Assembly (NCBI GenBank): GCA_038134595.1
Contig: JAYPVM010000005.1
Location: forward strand, 21,408-85,407
Direction: 5' to 3'
Length of the DNA stretch: 64,000 nt
DNA from: Pseudomonadota bacterium
Lineage (GTDB): Bacteria > Bdellovibrionota_C > UBA2361 > OMII01
Part shown: piece by piece, positions 40,356 to 50,762 of the stretch
Numbering within the stretch: position 1 is the first letter of the stretch
How the letters are laid out: each line of letters starts with the position of its first letter
Made by a program: the position numbers and the translations under genes
The notes under the pieces: model-generated
Seen by the model: only the letters and a program-made list of their open reading frames with translations
The model's database searches: none
Told to the model about the DNA's origin: nothing

Positions 40356-42065
40356 ATGAAAAAGTTATTAGCCTCCATCCTTGCAGACGCGACAGGTCTA
40401 GAAGAATCCGTTGTTTATAAGGCACTTTCGATCCCCAAGACAATAGAACAAGGCGATATTGCATTCCCCTGCTTTCTCCTGGCTAAGTCGTGGAAGCTTT
40501 CTCCGGATCAGTGCAGCGCAAAGCTTTCCTCAATGATCACTCTTCCCTCTACGTTCGCTCGGGCCGAGTGTCAGGGGGCTTATCTAAATATCTTTTTAAA
40601 CCGGGAAACCTCGACCCGAGACACCACAAAATCCATTTTGTCCATACAACCCATTCCCGAGCGAAGCAACAGGGGCACTATCGCAATCGACTACTCAGGG
40701 CCAAACATATCCAAGCCATTTCATGTAGGACACCTGAGAACAACTGTTATCGGTTTCTCCCTTTACAAGCTTTTTTCTCATCTCGGGTTCAACGTGATTG
40801 GCGTCAATCATTTAGGCGATTGGGGAACTCAATTTGGTTTTGTCTATGCAGGCTGCTCTCTGTGGGGAAAGCCGAAGGACGACATGAACGAGTTAGTTTC
40901 CCGTTACGTGGAGGCTAACCTACTCCGGAAATCCCAAGAGGCGGGCGGCGAGTTAGATAAACCATTGGTGAACGATATCGCCCGCGACTATTTCATCCGA
41001 CTCGAGGCTGGGGATCCAGAAGCTGTTGAGTTCTGGAAATGGAACCTTGATATCTCCAAAAAATACTATGAAAAGACCTATGCTCGAATGGGGATTACCT
41101 TTGATTCCTGGAACGGAGAATCCTTTTATGCACAATTCTTCGACCAGTACATTACTGAACTCAGGGCTAGCGGAATCCTAGAGGAATCTAGAGGAGCATT
41201 CGGAGTCGATTTAGGAAAAGATTTGGGGTTTGCTCGGCTTTTGACCGAGGATGGGCGAACACTGTACCTCACCCGAGATCTAATAACTGCCGACTATCGA
41301 GAGAACACCTACCACCCCGACCGAATAATTTACGTGGTCGGAGCCCCACAAGCGCTCCACTTTAAACAGCTACGAGAGATACTCCGCAAGATGGGGCGGT
41401 CAGTTGCAGAGAAGATTGTTCATATCTCTTATGGACATGTCCCAGGTATAAGCACTAGGAGCTTAAAGACAGAATCGGGCGATATATCTCTTGACGCTCT
41501 ATTGGATGAGGCACAAGACCGTGCCAAAGAGGCGTATGAATCCGCCGTATCCAAACGACCTGAGGATGTCGACGTCGAGCACGTTGCGCAAGCAGTCGGG
41601 CTTGGTGCAATCTATTTTAATTATTTATGCCGCACCAACAACAAGGAGTTTCATTTCAGCTGGGAAGAGGCGCTTAACTTTAAAGGCGATACGGGTCCTT
41701 ATCTGATGTACGCCGTGGCAAGACTTCACAGCATAGAGGAAAAGGCAAAAGCCGTGGGCATAGAGGTCAACGTAGACTGTGATTACAGTTGCCTACAAGA
41801 AACTGAGGCTTGGGAGCTAACAAGTATTCTGCGTAGATTTACTGAGGTTCTAGAAAAAACGGCCGTTGATTATGAACCGTGCAACATCTGCAACTACGCT
41901 CTCGATCTCGCAAAAAGCATCTCCCGAGCATACCTAAAACTGCGCGTTGTAGGTGAAGATAATATCGAGACGGCTCGTGCGAGACTCACATTGTTTGTGG
42001 CGGCACGAGAGGTTCTCACTACCAGCTTAAACATACTGGGAATAACGCCTCTAAAACGCATGTAA
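40356..42065 (+). CDS. argS: arginyl-tRNA synthetase
   Basis: 569 aa. HIGH-region PNISKPFHVGHLR and the C-terminal DALR anticodon-binding domain. Confidence 0.95.
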   Translation: MKKLLASILADATGLEESVVYKALSIPKTIEQGDIAFPCFLLAKSWKLSPDQCSAKLSSMITLPSTFARAECQGAYLNIFLNRETSTRDTTKSILSIQPIPERSNRGTIAIDYSGPNISKPFHVGHLRTTVIGFSLYKLFSHLGFNVIGVNHLGDWGTQFGFVYAGCSLWGKPKDDMNELVSRYVEANLLRKSQEAGGELDKPLVNDIARDYFIRLEAGDPEAVEFWKWNLDISKKYYEKTYARMGITFDSWNGESFYAQFFDQYITELRASGILEESRGAFGVDLGKDLGFARLLTEDGRTLYLTRDLITADYRENTYHPDRIIYVVGAPQALHFKQLREILRKMGRSVAEKIVHISYGHVPGISTRSLKTESGDISLDALLDEAQDRAKEAYESAVSKRPEDVDVEHVAQAVGLGAIYFNYLCRTNNKEFHFSWEEALNFKGDTGPYLMYAVARLHSIEEKAKAVGIEVNVDCDYSCLQETEAWELTSILRRFTEVLEKTAVDYEPCNICNYALDLAKSISRAYLKLRVVGEDNIETARARLTLFVAAREVLTTSLNILGITPLKRM

Positions 42066-42401
42066 GCTCAAACCAACAGGGGAACGGGCGCGGGCATCCT
42101 AAGGCGATATAATTTTCGGACACACCTAACCGCCTGAAAATCAATCAGATTATCCGCTATCTCAAAATAGAACTTAACTTCAAAACATGTTAAAATGGAC
42201 TAACGGTGTAGACGTTGAGATACACAAATTTTAATCGCACCGATAACGAATACGTAAACAATTCAAGCAGGGCGTGAAACAAGCACCCCACGATTAGAGC
42301 AGTTTTAGTGCAAAGAAGAGCAAATCCTTTTTATCCTTATTGAAAAGCGGTCTTTCTACTTACAACACCAAAACCGTCGAAACCAATAAGTTACCATTAC
42401 T

Positions 42402-43547
42402 ATGCAAGATACTGAAAACACCAGCACCACATCGAAGTTCGCCTTTCTCCAGCATGCACAAATCGAAGAGTCACTTCAGAAGCTTGGAATAACGACACCC
42501 ACGCCGGTTCAATCGAGAGCTATTCCAAGCATCCTAGAAGGCGGTGACCACATCGTTGAAGCACAAACCGGTAGTGGAAAGACGCTAGCTTTCGCGCTTC
42601 CAATACTTCTACAGCTACTAAACTCCTCTTCTCAAAGGGGTACGCAATGCCTGATCATCTCGCCAACCAGAGAACTAGCCACTCAAATCTCCTCGGTCAT
42701 TACAAATATAACCCCAGACATTGTACCAGCTGTAATAATAGGAGGCGAGCGTCAGGAAAAGCAGATGCGACAACTAAAAAGAGATTCTCGCCTCATCGTT
42801 GGAACACCGGGGAGGATACTTGATCTAATCCAACAGAGAGTCATCGTTCTCAGAAAATGCAAGAGCTTCGTTTTAGATGAGGCCGATGAGATGCTTTCGA
42901 TGGGATTTATCGAGGAGGTTCGCTCCATCCTCTCCCGACTCCCTTCAGAACGGCAGGGTCTGTTCTTCAGCGCAACAATTACGCCCAGAGTACTTTCCCT
43001 TGCGTCTTCATTCTTAAAATCCCCGACTACGATTGAGATCGAAAAGAAAATCGAGAATGCTCCCTCAATTGAACACTTATTCTATCGGGTAGATGGAGCT
43101 TTAACAGCTAAAGTAGACGCCTTATCGCTTTATCTCGAAAAACATAAGCCATTTTCAACGATCGTTTTCTGCAATACAAAATCTGATACAGAACTTGTTG
43201 AGATTCTTCTCAAAAAAAGAGGCTTCTCTCCGAGACGGATCAATTCTGACCTTTCACAAAAAGAGCGGGATAAAACAATGGCCGAGTTTCGGTCGGGAGA
43301 CTGCAGGTTGCTCATCGCGACAGATGTGGCCGCCCGTGGAATTGACATATCAGACGTCGAGCTCGTCGTTAACTACTCTGTTCACGACACCGTAGAGACC
43401 TATGTTCATAGAACAGGAAGAACAGGCAGGGCAGGTAAAAGCGGCACAGCTCTCTCGCTCGTAGGGCCACAGGACTTCACTACATTTTACACCCTAAGCA
43501 AAACGCTTGGATCTACGCTTCACGAAATCACGTCGCTAGACTCCTAA
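42402..43547 (+). CDS. DEAD-box ATP-dependent RNA helicase
   Basis: 381 aa. Motif I AQTGSGKT, Ia PTRELA, II DEAD (VLDEADEML), III SAT, VI HRTGRTGRAG. Preceded by a 336-nt leader. Confidence 0.9.
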   Translation: MQDTENTSTTSKFAFLQHAQIEESLQKLGITTPTPVQSRAIPSILEGGDHIVEAQTGSGKTLAFALPILLQLLNSSSQRGTQCLIISPTRELATQISSVITNITPDIVPAVIIGGERQEKQMRQLKRDSRLIVGTPGRILDLIQQRVIVLRKCKSFVLDEADEMLSMGFIEEVRSILSRLPSERQGLFFSATITPRVLSLASSFLKSPTTIEIEKKIENAPSIEHLFYRVDGALTAKVDALSLYLEKHKPFSTIVFCNTKSDTELVEILLKKRGFSPRRINSDLSQKERDKTMAEFRSGDCRLLIATDVAARGIDISDVELVVNYSVHDTVETYVHRTGRTGRAGKSGTALSLVGPQDFTTFYTLSKTLGSTLHEITSLDS

Positions 43548-43774
43548 ATCGTCATCAAACCTAGAGAAGCCGCTCGAGAGACCCTACAGCATATGACCAG
43601 TCCGTGGGGTTGCACGACCAGGCGTGGCGCATAGTCCGTTACTGATTCGGCCTAGTTTGCGATTTTCGGAGCCCTTAATAATAAACAACAAGGCCACCGC
43701 TCGTCTTTGAAATCTACTCTGACAAAGGGCGCACAACATATACCGCAGTCACTAGCTAAGCATACTGTTATCCG

Positions 43775-44854
43775 ATGCTTGGTATATTTTTTTTCTTCAT
43801 CACGGGCCTTTTTTTACTCATTTTTGGAGCCGAACTATTTGTTAAAGGAGCGACTTCCGTATCCCGGAACGTTGGAATTTCACCTCTGTTTATCGGTCTT
43901 ACTATCGTTGCACTCGGAACAAGCTTACCAGAGATATTTGTGACAACAATTAGCGTTCTGAGGGGAGCTCAATCTCTAGCAATTGGAAATCTCATAGGAA
44001 GCAACCTTGCAAATCTACTACTGATAGGTGGAGGATCTGCAATAATTGGAGAGCTGATCGTAGCTCGCTCGGTCGTGTATTTTCATGGGCCTACCATGGT
44101 AGGAGTAACCGCAGTCGGATACGTACTCTGCGCCGATGAGGCACTGAAGGGATTTGAGGGTATTACGCTATTCATCACATTTCTATGTTACATCACCCTA
44201 GCAACCTATATCGAAGGCGGGCAGAATGTAAGAGGCCATTATCCTAAACACAACTCAGCGGGCCGAGAGCATAACCGGACTCGGCTACTTATCGGAAATG
44301 CCGCCGTCGCACTAACAGGTCTTGTACTCCTTCTGGTGGGCTCTGATTGGCTGGTGCAATCAGCAACTCGTTTTTCTCGACTGATGGGCCTTAGTGAACT
44401 TGTAATTGGCCTGACTGTCGTTGCCGTCGGCACCTCACTACCCGAATTCGCCACATCAATCGTAGCGACAGCACGAGGACAACAAGAGCTTGCGCTAGGT
44501 AATATAATTGGCTCGAATATAACCAACCTTTCATTAGTCCTAGGTATCGCTGTGTCTTCCTCCAAAGATATGAAAATCGATGCCCGAGTACTCTCGTGGG
44601 ACTTTCCGCTACTACTCGTTACTACAAGCTTTATGTATCTAATATTTAAAACCACACCAAGAATTCGCACCAATACCGGCCTTACCCTTCTTTGCGTATA
44701 TCTACTTTATGTTACACATGCGATTCTTACCGCTATTAGTCATCCGCTCGAACCTCTCACAGCCTGGACACTAGTCGCAATGATTCTAGGTGTGGGCCTA
44801 TTTTTTGCTCTGCGACTTAGACTAAGAAGCCGTCAACACAAATCACGCTTTTAG
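43775..44854 (+). CDS. CaCA-family cation/Ca2+ antiporter (YrbG-like)
   Basis: 359 aa. Two alpha-repeats (GTSLPE ... GTSLPEF) in a 10-TM protein. Confidence 0.85.
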   Translation: MLGIFFFFITGLFLLIFGAELFVKGATSVSRNVGISPLFIGLTIVALGTSLPEIFVTTISVLRGAQSLAIGNLIGSNLANLLLIGGGSAIIGELIVARSVVYFHGPTMVGVTAVGYVLCADEALKGFEGITLFITFLCYITLATYIEGGQNVRGHYPKHNSAGREHNRTRLLIGNAAVALTGLVLLLVGSDWLVQSATRFSRLMGLSELVIGLTVVAVGTSLPEFATSIVATARGQQELALGNIIGSNITNLSLVLGIAVSSSKDMKIDARVLSWDFPLLLVTTSFMYLIFKTTPRIRTNTGLTLLCVYLLYVTHAILTAISHPLEPLTAWTLVAMILGVGLFFALRLRLRSRQHKSRF

Positions 44855-44920
44855 TTTAATTGTGCACACTTCTTATGGTATAGAACATACAATAGCCCCC
44901 TATTTAGAAGGAAACATAGT

Positions 44921-45271
44921 ATGTCTCTAACCCTCCGCGAGCTTCAAACACGTATACTAGATTTTCGCGACGCGCGCGATTGGGCGCAATTCCACACGCC
45001 TAAGGACCTCGCAATGAGCCTTTCTATCGAGGCTAACGAGCTGCTAGAATTGTTTTTATGGAAGGATTCATCAAAAGCTAAACCAGAGGACATCGCTGAT
45101 GAAATTGCAGATGTCATCCACACAGCTCTTCTCATCGCAGAACGCTACAACATAGATGTAGAGCAAGCCTGCACGGCCAAACTGATAAAAAACGAGAGAA
45201 AATACCCGATAGAAAAAAGCAAAGGGACGAACCTTAAGTACACTGAACTAAACGCTAAAGTCAGCGAGTAG
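44921..45271 (+). CDS. MazG-like nucleoside triphosphate pyrophosphohydrolase
   Basis: 116 aa. All-alpha MazG/HisE-like EExxE motif (EANELLE ... EIADV). Confidence 0.7.
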   Translation: MSLTLRELQTRILDFRDARDWAQFHTPKDLAMSLSIEANELLELFLWKDSSKAKPEDIADEIADVIHTALLIAERYNIDVEQACTAKLIKNERKYPIEKSKGTNLKYTELNAKVSE

Positions 45272-45361
45272 AAAGTCACCGAGTAGCCACTTGGGTTAGC
45301 CCCTCGGGCTCATCTACGCTACAAGAGCCTTTTGCTCTGGCTGTTGAGCACTATGATTTCA

Positions 45362-46225
45362 CTAGAAGTTTCTAATCAGAACCTCGTCGACCTCTCCCCT
45401 CTTATTAGCGTTTGCATTGATAGCTCGTTGCGCTTTAACTGACGTGATTTTGTAACCGCTATATAACTCGCGTATGATAAAACTCGAAGAGTTGGAAAGG
45501 AGCCATTTGACTCCAGCGCCATCTAAACGGACGCACAAATCACGAAGAGCTGTTTGCATATCGATAGTGAATCGATCTGCCGTATAGCTAGTAAATGACG
45601 ATGTGCTCGTAAGAGGAATATACGGCGGGTCGAAATAGACAAAATCATCAGGCGTAATCCTGGACTCAATATCTAAAAAACTCCCGCACTCAACCTCAAT
45701 TCCCTGAAGAGCTTTACTACACGAAATCAGATTCACGCGGTCGGCAATAGTCGGATTGCGATATCGCCCAAACGGCACGTTAAATTGGCCCTTACTATTG
45801 ACGCGATACAAGCCGTTAAAACATGTCTTGTTGAGATAGATAAAACGAGCCGCACGCTCAACACTTGACCTTTCGGCAAAGCCAGGCACTCGGTCCCACT
45901 CCCTTAGCGAATAAAAAGTCTCCTCGTCATGAGCATATTTCTCTAACTCACCGATTAAGCTTTCAACGTCCTGTTGAACAACTCGATAGGCGTTAACCAG
46001 CTCCTCGTTGGCATCAATAAGAGACGCCTCAGTCGGTGCTAGGTGAAAAAAAACTGCCCCACCTCCAACAAATGGCTCCCAGTATCGTTTAAAATGTAGA
46101 GGCGCGTGCTTTCGAATTTCAGTTAGAAGCTGGTGCTTACCGCCCGCCCACTTAACAAAAGGTCGAGCGGTAACCAGAGGCTCCGTAGTTTCATCAAGCG
46201 TTCGAGCAGTATTGTCTTCTCCCAT
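45362..46225 (-). CDS. dam: DNA adenine methyltransferase (D12 class N6-adenine MTase)
   Basis: 287 aa. SAM motif I (FVKWAGGKHQLL...EPFVGGGAVFF) and catalytic DPPY (VYFDPPY). No restriction endonuclease gene adjacent. Confidence 0.85.
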   Translation of the reverse strand: MGEDNTARTLDETTEPLVTARPFVKWAGGKHQLLTEIRKHAPLHFKRYWEPFVGGGAVFFHLAPTEASLIDANEELVNAYRVVQQDVESLIGELEKYAHDEETFYSLREWDRVPGFAERSSVERAARFIYLNKTCFNGLYRVNSKGQFNVPFGRYRNPTIADRVNLISCSKALQGIEVECGSFLDIESRITPDDFVYFDPPYIPLTSTSSFTSYTADRFTIDMQTALRDLCVRLDGAGVKWLLSNSSSFIIRELYSGYKITSVKAQRAINANANKRGEVDEVLIRNF

Positions 46226-46374
46226 ACCAATAACTTTTCAAAGCGAGTCGAACGCTTCGTCAACATGTCCGCGTTACGTAACTTAATCAAAGATAGAACT
46301 CTATTTGTACTAATTAAGGCAGGGTGTGGCAAGAAGATAGCAACAAAACCGCAAAAATGCCGAACACACGCCCG

Positions 46375-47382
46375 TCAATCTGCTTGCTCCGCAAACAAAT
46401 AACGATACGCCTTAGAGGGGCGGTTCAAATCATACTGGGCTCTCCATGCTTCGGGCAGCTCATCTCTAGAGACCTTGGCAAATCCGATACGTTCGAAGAA
46501 TTTCCCTACATAATCCTGTACGGTGAGCGCAAAAACATAACGACGGCCCTGTGCCCGAGCCTTTTCAAGCAAAGCTTCTACCACAGCTTTCGCTCTCCCT
46601 TTAGCCTGATATCGTGGCAAGGTACACAACTTCGAGAGCTCACTTGCATCGCCAAACTCTATGAGTGCCGCTCCAGCAACGACTTGAGAGTTTACAGTAT
46701 ACACCCAAAATGACGGGATAAGCTCCAACAACTTCTCCTCTGACATTACAGTCAAAGAGCCATCTGCTATCTGAGGAGTCATAATAGCCATAAGTTCCCG
46801 CACATCATTTGGCTCCGCGGGACGAAGCTCGTTGGTATACTCCCTTGAAAAGAGCGTCCCCGAGCCCGCATGTGTAAACACTTCCTCATAGACACTTCCC
46901 TCGCGAGCACCCACAAGAACAACATCAATACCGGTGCGTTCCTGCTCTCGAAGAAGCATCTCGAGGCTACTTACCGGCATATTGACGGACACCCCTTCTG
47001 ATACCGCCTTTCGCACACTATCAGGCGTCGGGTAGGATTGGAACGTATCACCAAACCGGAGCCCCTCATCCTGAATCGAAAAAAACATCTTCTTTGCCTC
47101 GAGCGCTTCGGAGACCATAAAAACATCTCTCTGCAATTGAGCCTCCCTGTCACAAACAGCTTGCCCAAACTCGACGAAAACAACCGGCACCTGTCCTCGA
47201 CTTAAGGCTTCACTAACACTACCAACGACTACATCGCTTACATCGTCGCCATCCCGTAGGTGAATTAATCCAAAATTGTCACCAGCCTTTATCCAGGTTT
47301 GAAAGCTTCCCATAAGGGGCTCATCATAAGGAGTGAAAACAACATGCCTAATGCGCGCTGCATGAAGCACTCGGAGGTCCAT
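46375..47382 (-). CDS. amino-acid-kinase-like plus GNAT acetyltransferase protein (ArgA-like N-acetylglutamate synthase family)
   Basis: C-terminal GNAT fold (QVVAGAALIEF...RYQAKGRAKAVVEAL...YVFALT). Upstream AAK-like region. Start reassigned to an internal ATG (335 aa). The track N-terminus is Cys/Phe-rich junk. Confidence 0.55.
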   Translation of the reverse strand: MDLRVLHAARIRHVVFTPYDEPLMGSFQTWIKAGDNFGLIHLRDGDDVSDVVVGSVSEALSRGQVPVVFVEFGQAVCDREAQLQRDVFMVSEALEAKKMFFSIQDEGLRFGDTFQSYPTPDSVRKAVSEGVSVNMPVSSLEMLLREQERTGIDVVLVGAREGSVYEEVFTHAGSGTLFSREYTNELRPAEPNDVRELMAIMTPQIADGSLTVMSEEKLLELIPSFWVYTVNSQVVAGAALIEFGDASELSKLCTLPRYQAKGRAKAVVEALLEKARAQGRRYVFALTVQDYVGKFFERIGFAKVSRDELPEAWRAQYDLNRPSKAYRYLFAEQAD

Positions 47383-47901
47383 CAGCAATCGCCTACAGTG
47401 CTCCGCGCTGAAGAAACAAAAGGAAAAAAGTTGATTTCGGAACCGTCGGCAATAATGAAGAAATTCAAGCGACGATAACATCTGACTAGTTATCAATGAA
47501 ACTGCCCCGCATTTACCATTACAAAAGACGTCAAACCAAAAGAGATATATTCGCTTTGATACCCAAAAAATTCCTCAGTCCACTCTTAAGACTGCAATGC
47601 ATACGCCCTATCTCATCTTTTTTATTTAAAGGCACATGCCTTTCAAAAAAAGGCTTTGTCCCCCAAAAATACTACAGACCAAAAACTCGGTAGTAAAGCC
47701 GCCTGCTCGCAATACTCAGTCAACACAGCATCCTCCATAAATCAATCCTGCGTGTAGCTTCCTTCTTCCGAGTTCTAACGGGGCGGTGAAAATTCTCCCG
47801 CGATAAGGGGTAAAATCCGGCATACTTAGATACCCGCTAACCTCCGCCTAGAACGGGCAATCTCGAATGGGATAATCAAAATTCGTTGGAGGTCAAAAAC
47901 T

Positions 47902-47987
47902 TGGTGCCCAGGGCGAGACTTGAACTCGCACGACCTTTCGGTCCCAGGATTTTAAGTCCTGTATGTCTACCATTCCATCACCCGGGC
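47902..47987 (-). tRNA. tRNA-Leu (anticodon UAA), class II with long variable arm, CCA encoded
   Basis: Manually folded. 7-bp acceptor stem with one G-U. D-loop AATGGTAG. Anticodon stem CAGGA/TCCTG with loop CTTAAAA (U33, anticodon UAA, A37). Variable stem-loop GACC-GAAA-GGTC. T-arm GCGAG-TTCAAGT-CTCGC. Discriminator A plus CCA. Confidence 0.9.
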
Positions 47988-48074
47988 AGAAATTAGAGAA
48001 AACGCCTACTTACAGACGCCAACACGGCGAAAGCTTAGCACTATCTTACAACAACGCCAAGAGCCTTACTGAGA

Positions 48075-49868
48075 TTACTCAACGGTTGGCTTTTCTGGAG
48101 GTACTACTCGAATATGAACATCCTGCAATGCCTTATCACTTGGCACCCCGGGAGCTCCCATAAGAAGGTCTTCGACACTTTGTGCCATCGGGAATGCTAT
48201 AACATCCCGTATGGCCTCCTCTTGGGCGAGCAGCATAACAATCCTGTCAATACCAGGGGCAAAACCACCGTGAGGTGGCGCGCCAAACTTAAAGGCGTTA
48301 ATCATACCACCAAACTTCTCCTCAACGTCGCGTCGGGTGTAGCCAGCGATCTCAAATGCCTTATACATAATTTCAGGCTTATGATTCCTAATCGCTCCAC
48401 TAGATAATTCATAACCATTACAAACGATATCATACTGAAACGCCTTGATGTCGTAAGGGCCCTGCTCCTCAAGGGCTTGCAATTCCCCCTGTGGCATTGA
48501 AAAAGGATTGTGACTAAACACAATTTTTCGAGCGTCTTCGTCCCACTCATACATCGGATAGTCAGTAATCCAACAGAAACGGTATCCACCAGACAGCAAC
48601 GAAAAATCTTGTCCAAGCTTCGTCAAAAGCCTGCCAAGGTGCGGAAGGATGCGTCCTGCCTCGCCTGCACCAAAAAAGACAACTTGACCTGGCGAGAGGT
48701 CTAGAGATTTAACCAACGCTTGCCTTTCGTCTTCACCGATAAACTTTAAGATAGATCCTCTCCAGCCATCCTCTTCAAATATTAAATAGGCTAATCCACT
48801 ACCGCTCCACTTGGTAAACAATGCGATCGTATCATCAAAATATTTTCTAGCAGGAGCCTCCATCACAGGCAAAGCGATGGCAAATATATCACCTCCCTGA
48901 GATATTACATTACTAAAAACCTTAAACTCCGTTGCGCGGAAAGCATCACTCACCTTGTTAATCCGCAAGGGATTCCTAAGGTCAGGTTTATCTGAGCCAA
49001 ACTGCTCTAATGCTTGCTTGTAAGGAATCCTTGTAAACGGCGGTTTCGTCACTTCCTCCGAACCAAACTCAGAGAAAAGTGAATACATAAGGTACTCTCC
49101 GATCTCAAACACATCATCCTGCTCTACAAATGACATCTCCACGTCCAATTGATAAAACTCACCGGGCGAGCGATCCGCGCGAGGATCCTCATCGCGAAAG
49201 CATGGAGCTATTTGAAAATATCTATCAAATCCCGAGACCATCAAGAGCTGTTTAAACTGTTGCGGCGCCTGCGGCAAAGCAAAAAACTTTCCTGGATGAA
49301 ACCTAGACGGAACCAGAAAATCCCTCGCACCCTCTGGAGAGCTGCTTGTTAAAATCGGCGTTTGGAATTCATTAAATCCACGGCTATGCATTAACTCTCG
49401 AATTCTCCGGATAACTTGTCCACGAAGGAGGATGTTCTGATGAACTTTTTCTCGTCGAAGATCAAGAAAGCGATATGCCAAGCGAGTGGTTTCGGGCGCC
49501 TTATCGTCTTCAGCTATCTGAAATGGTAGGACCTCACACTCGGATAAGACCTCAAGTCTCTCGCAGTGAACCTCAATCTCCCCCGTCTCCACCTTAGGAT
49601 TAATCATAGCTTCATCACGACGTCTTACCGTACCTGTGATTTTAATGACCGACTCCACACGGACTCGCTGTATAGCCTCCACACTGCTATCATTGAAAAC
49701 AACCTGGTTCTGGCCGTAATTATCTCTCAGATCAACAAAAACAACTCCACCGTGATCGCGCTTTCTCAGTATCCAGCCGGATAATGTAACTTGGCTTCCC
49801 TCATTAGCTGAACGCAGCGCTCCACAAGAATGACTCCTGTACGCACTCTCTAGCTGTGTCTTCTCCAT
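48075..49868 (-). CDS. aspS: aspartyl-tRNA synthetase
   Basis: Class II motifs and an OB-fold N-domain. Start reassigned to ATG 49868 (MEKTQLESAYRSHSCGALR..., AAGGGA RBS). The 40-aa track extension is basic junk. Confidence 0.95.
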   Translation of the reverse strand: MEKTQLESAYRSHSCGALRSANEGSQVTLSGWILRKRDHGGVVFVDLRDNYGQNQVVFNDSSVEAIQRVRVESVIKITGTVRRRDEAMINPKVETGEIEVHCERLEVLSECEVLPFQIAEDDKAPETTRLAYRFLDLRREKVHQNILLRGQVIRRIRELMHSRGFNEFQTPILTSSSPEGARDFLVPSRFHPGKFFALPQAPQQFKQLLMVSGFDRYFQIAPCFRDEDPRADRSPGEFYQLDVEMSFVEQDDVFEIGEYLMYSLFSEFGSEEVTKPPFTRIPYKQALEQFGSDKPDLRNPLRINKVSDAFRATEFKVFSNVISQGGDIFAIALPVMEAPARKYFDDTIALFTKWSGSGLAYLIFEEDGWRGSILKFIGEDERQALVKSLDLSPGQVVFFGAGEAGRILPHLGRLLTKLGQDFSLLSGGYRFCWITDYPMYEWDEDARKIVFSHNPFSMPQGELQALEEQGPYDIKAFQYDIVCNGYELSSGAIRNHKPEIMYKAFEIAGYTRRDVEEKFGGMINAFKFGAPPHGGFAPGIDRIVMLLAQEEAIRDVIAFPMAQSVEDLLMGAPGVPSDKALQDVHIRVVPPEKPTVE

Positions 49869-50153
49869 TTTTTCCCTTTTGTTGTAGAGTAAACGAAAAC
49901 CCAATCCATTACTCTCTGAACCAATACGCCGTCTCGTCCCAAGTCTTAGAGCCACGCAGCTCTTATGTCTCATCCGAAACGGTTTCAAGCCCTACCCCCC
50001 ACTTCAGATCCCACATCCTGTATTGATATAGGTGAACAAGGCGGCCCGCCCCCTGGCGAATTTAGGCTCCGTCAAAGTAGTACTACGAATCAAAGTTTTC
50101 GTCATCTATTTGAGCAAATTAAATGACAGATAAGGCATAGAAATAAAAGGAGT

Positions 50154-50627
50154 TTAGCGACCAAGTAGGCCAACTGAACGTAATTGCCTACGGCAAGCCT
50201 CCCTTGTGCCCATTAAAAACGAGCGATTACCCTCAGATCCGCTACCTCGAAAATGGGCTAGACTGGGAATCCCGCTGCTAGAATCAAAATTGGCTACCAT
50301 TATCGCTCCGGCCGTCTGCAAAAGAAGCTTGGTACAAAACTGGGCCGATACGCCTTCTAATGTCTTAAAGCAAGAAACTCTCTTGTATTCGCCAAACTGT
50401 TCGACGAACAGCCACCCTGGGCTCTCAAATGTATCTGATGAGCTAAAGAAATCGGGCACCACCTCTCCCCTATCCTGTAAGAAAATACGGACAAACGCCT
50501 GAGGTTCTGACAAGCGTAGCTTTCGGACAACTGACTGAACATATGTAACAAATGAGCCCTCAGCAGACGGACAGCGCAAATCTCCTAACGGATCTCTTTT
50601 TGACTCATTGTAACTAGCCTGAAACAT
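50154..50627 (-). CDS. hypothetical protein
   Basis: 157 aa. No recognisable domain. Sits between aspS and murG on the same strand. Confidence 0.4.
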   Translation of the reverse strand: MFQASYNESKRDPLGDLRCPSAEGSFVTYVQSVVRKLRLSEPQAFVRIFLQDRGEVVPDFFSSSDTFESPGWLFVEQFGEYKRVSCFKTLEGVSAQFCTKLLLQTAGAIMVANFDSSSGIPSLAHFRGSGSEGNRSFLMGTREACRRQLRSVGLLGR

Positions 50628-50762
50628 TATATCCTCAAAACAGCCAGTCTACGACAATTTGGCTGACCTTCTTTTGATGCCGGCCGGAAGGCCAAGGTTC
50701 AGAACAGGTGAAGTGTCTGGATAAAAGACAAAAAGATTTCCAAAGCTCTTATATACGGCTAG

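Noticed and set aside
40490-40918. 142-aa alternative-frame ORF inside argS
   Set aside because: Same-strand out-of-frame overlap with a confidently identified argS. Arg-rich junk.
47497-47901. Possible integration scar next to tRNA-Leu
   Set aside because: No integrase gene or direct repeat of the tRNA 3' end is visible within the window. The adjacency of Dam/MazG alone is insufficient.
48075-49988. Track start of aspS (40 extra N-terminal residues), and similar extensions for MarR (36818), oxidoreductase (4921), AAK-GNAT (47496) and the small lipoprotein (15957)
   Set aside because: Extensions are basic or low-complexity and lack homology. Internal ATGs with RBS-like sequences coincide with the expected domain N-termini.
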